Origin: Acidimicrobiia bacterium
GTDB taxonomy: Bacteria > Actinomycetota > Acidimicrobiia > Spongiisociales > Spongiisociaceae
DNA: 64,000 bases
Direction: 5' to 3'
Assembly: GCA_041576165.1 (NCBI GenBank)
Contig: JBFGLM010000001.1
Coordinates: forward strand, 151,176-215,175
The notes beneath the pieces were generated by a model. It had not been told where the DNA came from, made no database searches, and worked only from the letters and a program-made list of their open reading frames with translations. A program made the translations under genes and the position numbers. This document shows, piece by piece, positions 59,702 through 64,000 of this stretch. Within the stretch, counting starts at the first letter, position 1. Each line of letters opens with the position of its first letter.

Positions 59702-60265
59702 TCACGCCTTCTTCTTGGCTGCCTCTTTCATCCGCTTCTTCTCTGCTCGCAACTCGGCCACGCGCTCCCAGGCGTCGACGTCGGCAATCGAAGGCCAATC
59801 GGCGGCCACCGTCTCCCAGCCTGCCGGGCCCTCTCCCAGGCGCTTGCCGACCACGCCGACGAAGATGCGAGCTTTGGCATCCCCGAAGCCGGGCAAATCG
59901 CGCAGGCGAGAATAGAGCTCGTCGGCGTCAGACGCGGTTCGCCACAACGCAGCCGCATCACCGCCATAGTCCTCTGCAATCACCGCGCACAGCGCCTGGG
60001 TACGTTTTGCCATCGAGCCCGGGAAACGGTGCAACGCCGGAGGCCCCCTGAAGATCGTCTCAAAAGCCTCCGGGTCGTGATCGGCGATCGATGCGGCGTC
60101 CAGGTCGCCGTCGACCCGCTGGGAGAGCAGATAGGGCGAATGGAAGGCCCGCTCCATCGGGAACTGCTGGTCGAGCAGCATGCCGATCAGCAGAGCCAGC
60201 GGATTCCGGGCAAGGAACCGGTTGGCGTCTTCCTCTTGGGTCCAGGGCAGGCTCTCGAGCTTCAC
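59702..60265 (-). CDS. HhH-GPD-type base excision repair protein (actinobacterial family)
   Basis: LLIGMLLDQQFPMERAF, HRFPGSMAKR and LPGFG..KA motifs; SD GGAGG. Confidence 0.9.
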   Translation of the reverse strand: MKLESLPWTQEEDANRFLARNPLALLIGMLLDQQFPMERAFHSPYLLSQRVDGDLDAASIADHDPEAFETIFRGPPALHRFPGSMAKRTQALCAVIAEDYGGDAAALWRTASDADELYSRLRDLPGFGDAKARIFVGVVGKRLGEGPAGWETVAADWPSIADVDAWERVAELRAEKKRMKEAAKKKA

Positions 60266-60424
60266 GTTGTCCACCTCCGGTGATTCACGGTAGTCCGGGA
60301 GCCGGTTAGCATCCTCCCCCGGCACGACCCTCCAGCCAGGGATTCGTCATCAACCCGGCGGGCACGCATGGTCCCGCACCGGGTCGCGGAGATAGCACTG
60401 AATCATGAGGCGGGCACAGCCGAC

Positions 60425-61117
60425 ATGAAAAACATGGAACGCAACTTCGGGGACTTCACGGCCCCACTAGGCAGAATGCGCAATCCGGTCCGGGGGTTCA
60501 TGGACGGCACGGCCGCGGTAGCTTCCCTGATCGGGCTGGTCGCCCTGGCGTGGCTGACCCTGGACAACACTCTCCGCCTGGTGGCGGTGGGCACCTTCGG
60601 TCTGAGCCTCCTGGCTCTGTACACCACCTCCATGCTGTATCACACTGTCCCCTGGTCGGCCCGATGGCGCGACCGGATGCAGCGGCTCGATCACTCGATG
60701 ATCTTCGTGCTCGTCGCCGGGTCATGGACGCCGCTGGCCGCCGTGGTGCTCGACGGCACGTGGCGCATCGCCGTTTTGAGCGTCGTGTGGGGAGTCGCTC
60801 TGATCGGCATTGCGCAGAAGGTGATTCGGCCGCGGGTGCATCTGGCGTTCTCCGTCACCCTGCAGACGACGTTGGGTTATTTCGCACTGGTGCCCCTGCT
60901 GGAGCTCGTCCGGCGGCTGTCCGGCGGGGCGATCATGCTGATGTTCGCCAGCGGGGCGCTGTACACGGTGGGTCTCGTGCTGTTCTCAATACGCCGTCCC
61001 CGGCTCTTCCCCCGGATCTTCTCGTATCACGAGGTCTTTCACATCTTCGTGATCGCGGCATCTGCCCTGCATTTCCTGCTGGTGGTCAAGTACGTGGTTC
61101 CGTATCCTCCCGGCTGA
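60425..61117 (+). CDS. Hemolysin III / PAQR family membrane protein
   Basis: S.LYH, RLDHSMIF..AGSWTP and YHEVFHIFV motifs; start uncertain. Confidence 0.92.
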   Translation: MKNMERNFGDFTAPLGRMRNPVRGFMDGTAAVASLIGLVALAWLTLDNTLRLVAVGTFGLSLLALYTTSMLYHTVPWSARWRDRMQRLDHSMIFVLVAGSWTPLAAVVLDGTWRIAVLSVVWGVALIGIAQKVIRPRVHLAFSVTLQTTLGYFALVPLLELVRRLSGGAIMLMFASGALYTVGLVLFSIRRPRLFPRIFSYHEVFHIFVIAASALHFLLVVKYVVPYPPG

Positions 61118-61209
61118 CGAAAGACTGTCGGCCGAGCGACACTGTGCCCGGCTCCGCACTCGCGGGAAGCTTCGATACTCGACGGCATCCGAGGCTAGGG
61201 CGAGACTCC

Positions 61210-62328
61210 ATGACATCAACGACAGCGCTGGCGCCCTGGCGCAGGTATGCCATCTGGGGGCTTCCGATCGGCGTCTGCGCGGTGTGGCTGGCAGCTGTTG
61301 TCACCGGCGGCCACTGGTGGCGGGTGGTGGCACATTGGGAGTCGACGCTTACCATGATCTTCGGCAGCTTTGTGGCCGGCTCGACGCCGCAGGGCGGCGG
61401 CGCCGTCGCCTTCCCGGTTTTCACCAAAGTGCTCGAGGTCCCCACCCCAGTCGCCCGGACCTTCTCGCTCAGTGTGCAGGCCATCGGGATGACCACCGCC
61501 TCGGCGATCATCCTGCTGGCCCGGCGGCCAGTCGACCGGCGGGCGATCCTTGGCGCCGGCGGAGGCGGTGTTGCGGGGTTCCTGTTCGGTCTCTTCGCGC
61601 TGTCCGAACCCCAGTCGGCGTTCTGGACGGCCAACATGAGCGGGGCATACGTGAAGGTCACCTTCACGATCATGCTGGCCGCAATGTCGTACATCGTCAT
61701 GCTGTCGCTCCGGGTGGTCCACAAGAGCACCGATGTGATCAACCACTGGAACGCCCGGGTATGGGGAGGCTTCCTGCTGGCCGGATTCGCCGGCGGGCTG
61801 GCGTCGGCATTCACCGGCAGCGGGGTGGATGTCTTCCTCTTTCTCTTCGCGGTCGTGATGTGCGGCCTGCACCCCCGGGTCGGGGTACCTTCGAGCATCA
61901 TCGCCATGGCGATGACGTCGTTTCTCGGTTTTCTCATCTTGGGTCTGATCGATGGGCAACTAGATGTGACGCTGGACACGGCCGGGGCGGTGGTTGCGGT
62001 GGGGGGCACTGCGGTCGAGGCGCTGCCGGCCCGACAATATGACGTGTTCGGGCTCTGGCTGGCCGCAGTCCCGGTGATCGTCTGGGGCGCACCGTTGGGC
62101 GCCTGGGTGGCCCATGTGATGACGGAGCGCCGCCTCATCGCCTTTGTCGCCGGGATGGCGGCACTGGAAGTGGTTTCGACCGCGATCTTCCTCGACAGCC
62201 TGCGCAACGACACGACACTCGTGCTGTACGCCACCCTGGGACTGATCGGGGCGATCGCCGCCATCACTTACATGTCGCGGCGGCGCCACGAGCTCCTTGG
62301 CATACCCCGCGCACAGGCGCGAGTTTGA
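61210..62328 (+). CDS. Sulfite exporter TauE/SafE family protein
   Basis: GSFVAGSTPQGGGAVAFP and GG..SAFTGSGVD motifs; multi-TM. Confidence 0.85.
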   Translation: MTSTTALAPWRRYAIWGLPIGVCAVWLAAVVTGGHWWRVVAHWESTLTMIFGSFVAGSTPQGGGAVAFPVFTKVLEVPTPVARTFSLSVQAIGMTTASAIILLARRPVDRRAILGAGGGGVAGFLFGLFALSEPQSAFWTANMSGAYVKVTFTIMLAAMSYIVMLSLRVVHKSTDVINHWNARVWGGFLLAGFAGGLASAFTGSGVDVFLFLFAVVMCGLHPRVGVPSSIIAMAMTSFLGFLILGLIDGQLDVTLDTAGAVVAVGGTAVEALPARQYDVFGLWLAAVPVIVWGAPLGAWVAHVMTERRLIAFVAGMAALEVVSTAIFLDSLRNDTTLVLYATLGLIGAIAAITYMSRRRHELLGIPRAQARV

Positions 62329-62551
62329 GAGACCGTAGATAGACGCGCAATCCGGGCGTACGCGAGTTCGGTCCTGACGATCGAGGTGGCTAGAGTTTCC
62401 GCGCTCACGGACCTCAACCTGTGCATCAACGCGTCCGACGACGCCGCCTTTTACAAGGAAGCCGAGCACGGCGGGGTCCGTCGATACCGCCGCGCCTGAC
62501 GGCGGACACTATCGATCAGAGCTCTGCTCTGAATCTTGAGGAGGAAGAAAC

Positions 62552-63952
62552 GTGAAAAGGAAGTTGATACTTCTTCTGGCGGTCATGGCGCTGATCGCCG
62601 CCGCCTGCGGGAGCGACGACGGCGCCACCGGCGATGAAGACGCCGGGACCACGGCAGCCACCGAGGCCGCAGAGGAGACTACGGTCGCCACCGAAGCGCC
62701 GGAGGAAACCACGGCTGAAACCGAGCCGATGGTCGAAGAGGAAATGACTGATGTGGCGCTGCGCTGGATGACCCGTCCGGATAACCCCGAAGAGGCGGCC
62801 GTCTACGCCACGATCTCCGACCAGCTGACCGGCACACTCGACGGGGTGGAGCTCACCTATGAACCGGGCTCAAATGAGGGCGCCGGATATCAGCAGACGT
62901 TGCTGACCAACCTGTCAGCGGGCACGGCGCCCGATGTGTTCTGGATTCCCGGAACCGATATCGCCGATTTCGCCTCCCGCGATGTCATTCTCGACCTTCG
63001 CGAATTCGCGGATGCCACCGGGCACAACGATGCCGACTTCTATCCAGGTCCCATGGGCCATCTCACGACCGAGGTCGACACCGGGCAGCCCGGTAATGCC
63101 CTGTGGGGCCTCCCCCGGGACGTGTCCACCTTCGCTCTCTACATCAACAACGATCTCATTGCCGAAGCGGGCGCCGCTGACCCTCGTGAGCTCGAGGCCA
63201 ACGGCGAGTGGGACTGGGATGCCTTCAATGAAGTGGCCGACGCCGTCGCTGCGCTCGGAGACGAGATCAAGGGTTACGGCCAGTCCGCCTGGTGGGGCCC
63301 GTACGGTGCCTGGATGAACGCTGCCGGCGGCGGGTTCTTCACCGATGACCGCACCGCCTGCGCGCTCGATTCGGCTGAGTCGATTGCGGGGCTCACCGCC
63401 CTGCGCGACCTTTACGCCACCGATGCCGTCGTTCCCTACGGGGAGGACCCCGAGCCGGTATTCCGGGCCGGCAACCTCGGCATGTTCCAGAACGGCCGCT
63501 GGGCCACGCCCGGAATTCGCACCGTCGAGTTCGACTGGGACGTCGTCGGCCTGCCGACCGGTCCGGCCGGACCGGGCAACTGGCTGTTCTGGGGCGCGTA
63601 CGTCGTGAACGCCAACACCGAGAACCCGGAAGCTGCCTGGCAGCTCGTCCAGGCTCTCACCCAGGCTGATGTGCAGGCGCAGATCTCAGAACTTGGCGCC
63701 AACATCCCCAGCCGGGTCAGTGAGGATGCACTCGACGCGTTCCTTGACTTCACCCCACCCGAAAACAACCAGGCTTTCATCGACGGGCTGCAGAACAACC
63801 CGGCCACTGAAGGCCCGCTGTGGGTGGGAAGCTGGCCGGAGTTTGTCACCAACATGGATTCCGAGATCCAAGCCGTCGTGACCGGCGCCCGGGACATCTC
63901 CGACTTCCAGGCCAACATCTGCGCAGAGACCGCCTCGGCGTTCAGCGCCTGA
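62552..63952 (+). CDS. Carbohydrate ABC transporter substrate-binding lipoprotein
   Basis: Lipobox AAAC, AGTAPDV, GLPRD.ST..LY.N and WDWD.F motifs; SD GAGGAGG. Confidence 0.92.
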   Translation: MKRKLILLLAVMALIAAACGSDDGATGDEDAGTTAATEAAEETTVATEAPEETTAETEPMVEEEMTDVALRWMTRPDNPEEAAVYATISDQLTGTLDGVELTYEPGSNEGAGYQQTLLTNLSAGTAPDVFWIPGTDIADFASRDVILDLREFADATGHNDADFYPGPMGHLTTEVDTGQPGNALWGLPRDVSTFALYINNDLIAEAGAADPRELEANGEWDWDAFNEVADAVAALGDEIKGYGQSAWWGPYGAWMNAAGGGFFTDDRTACALDSAESIAGLTALRDLYATDAVVPYGEDPEPVFRAGNLGMFQNGRWATPGIRTVEFDWDVVGLPTGPAGPGNWLFWGAYVVNANTENPEAAWQLVQALTQADVQAQISELGANIPSRVSEDALDAFLDFTPPENNQAFIDGLQNNPATEGPLWVGSWPEFVTNMDSEIQAVVTGARDISDFQANICAETASAFSA

Positions 63953-64000
63953 CGGACGTAGAGCTGTGGGGGGGGGCGGGCCCCCCCCCCCCCCCCCCCC

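Noticed and set aside
63968-64000. Poly-G / poly-C run at the window end
   Set aside because: Most likely a low-quality contig end or a miscalled terminator hairpin; not interpretable

Overview
GC-rich, gene-dense chromosomal segment with about 68 CDS. The gene content suggests an Actinomycetota, probably Acidimicrobiia: clpS-DUF2017, an XRE plus HBHA/MLDS-like pair, an F420 PPOX gene and SLH domains (inference). It contains a caa3-type cytochrome c oxidase operon, a divergent FtsH-like protease, mdh, greA, mgtE, nadE, tyrA, pheA, proC, idi and udk. It also carries a form II CoxSLM-type molybdenum hydroxylase cluster with duplicated small and medium subunits and its maturation genes, pspA, and the start of a sugar ABC transporter. 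The main hidden signal is two genes that the ORF track splits at an in-frame TGA lying exactly at a conserved Cys position: selD (HGAG-U-ACK) and an exported DUF3179 protein (VTW-U-PLC). Each TGA is followed by a perfect hairpin capped by the same G-GUC-C motif, which points to selenocysteine recoding. Also present are a decayed DUF1684 pseudogene and a widespread leaderless promoter pattern (TANNNT 6-8 nt before the start codon). No rRNA, tRNA, CRISPR array or mobile element was recognised. Family calls come from motif recognition by eye, not database searches.
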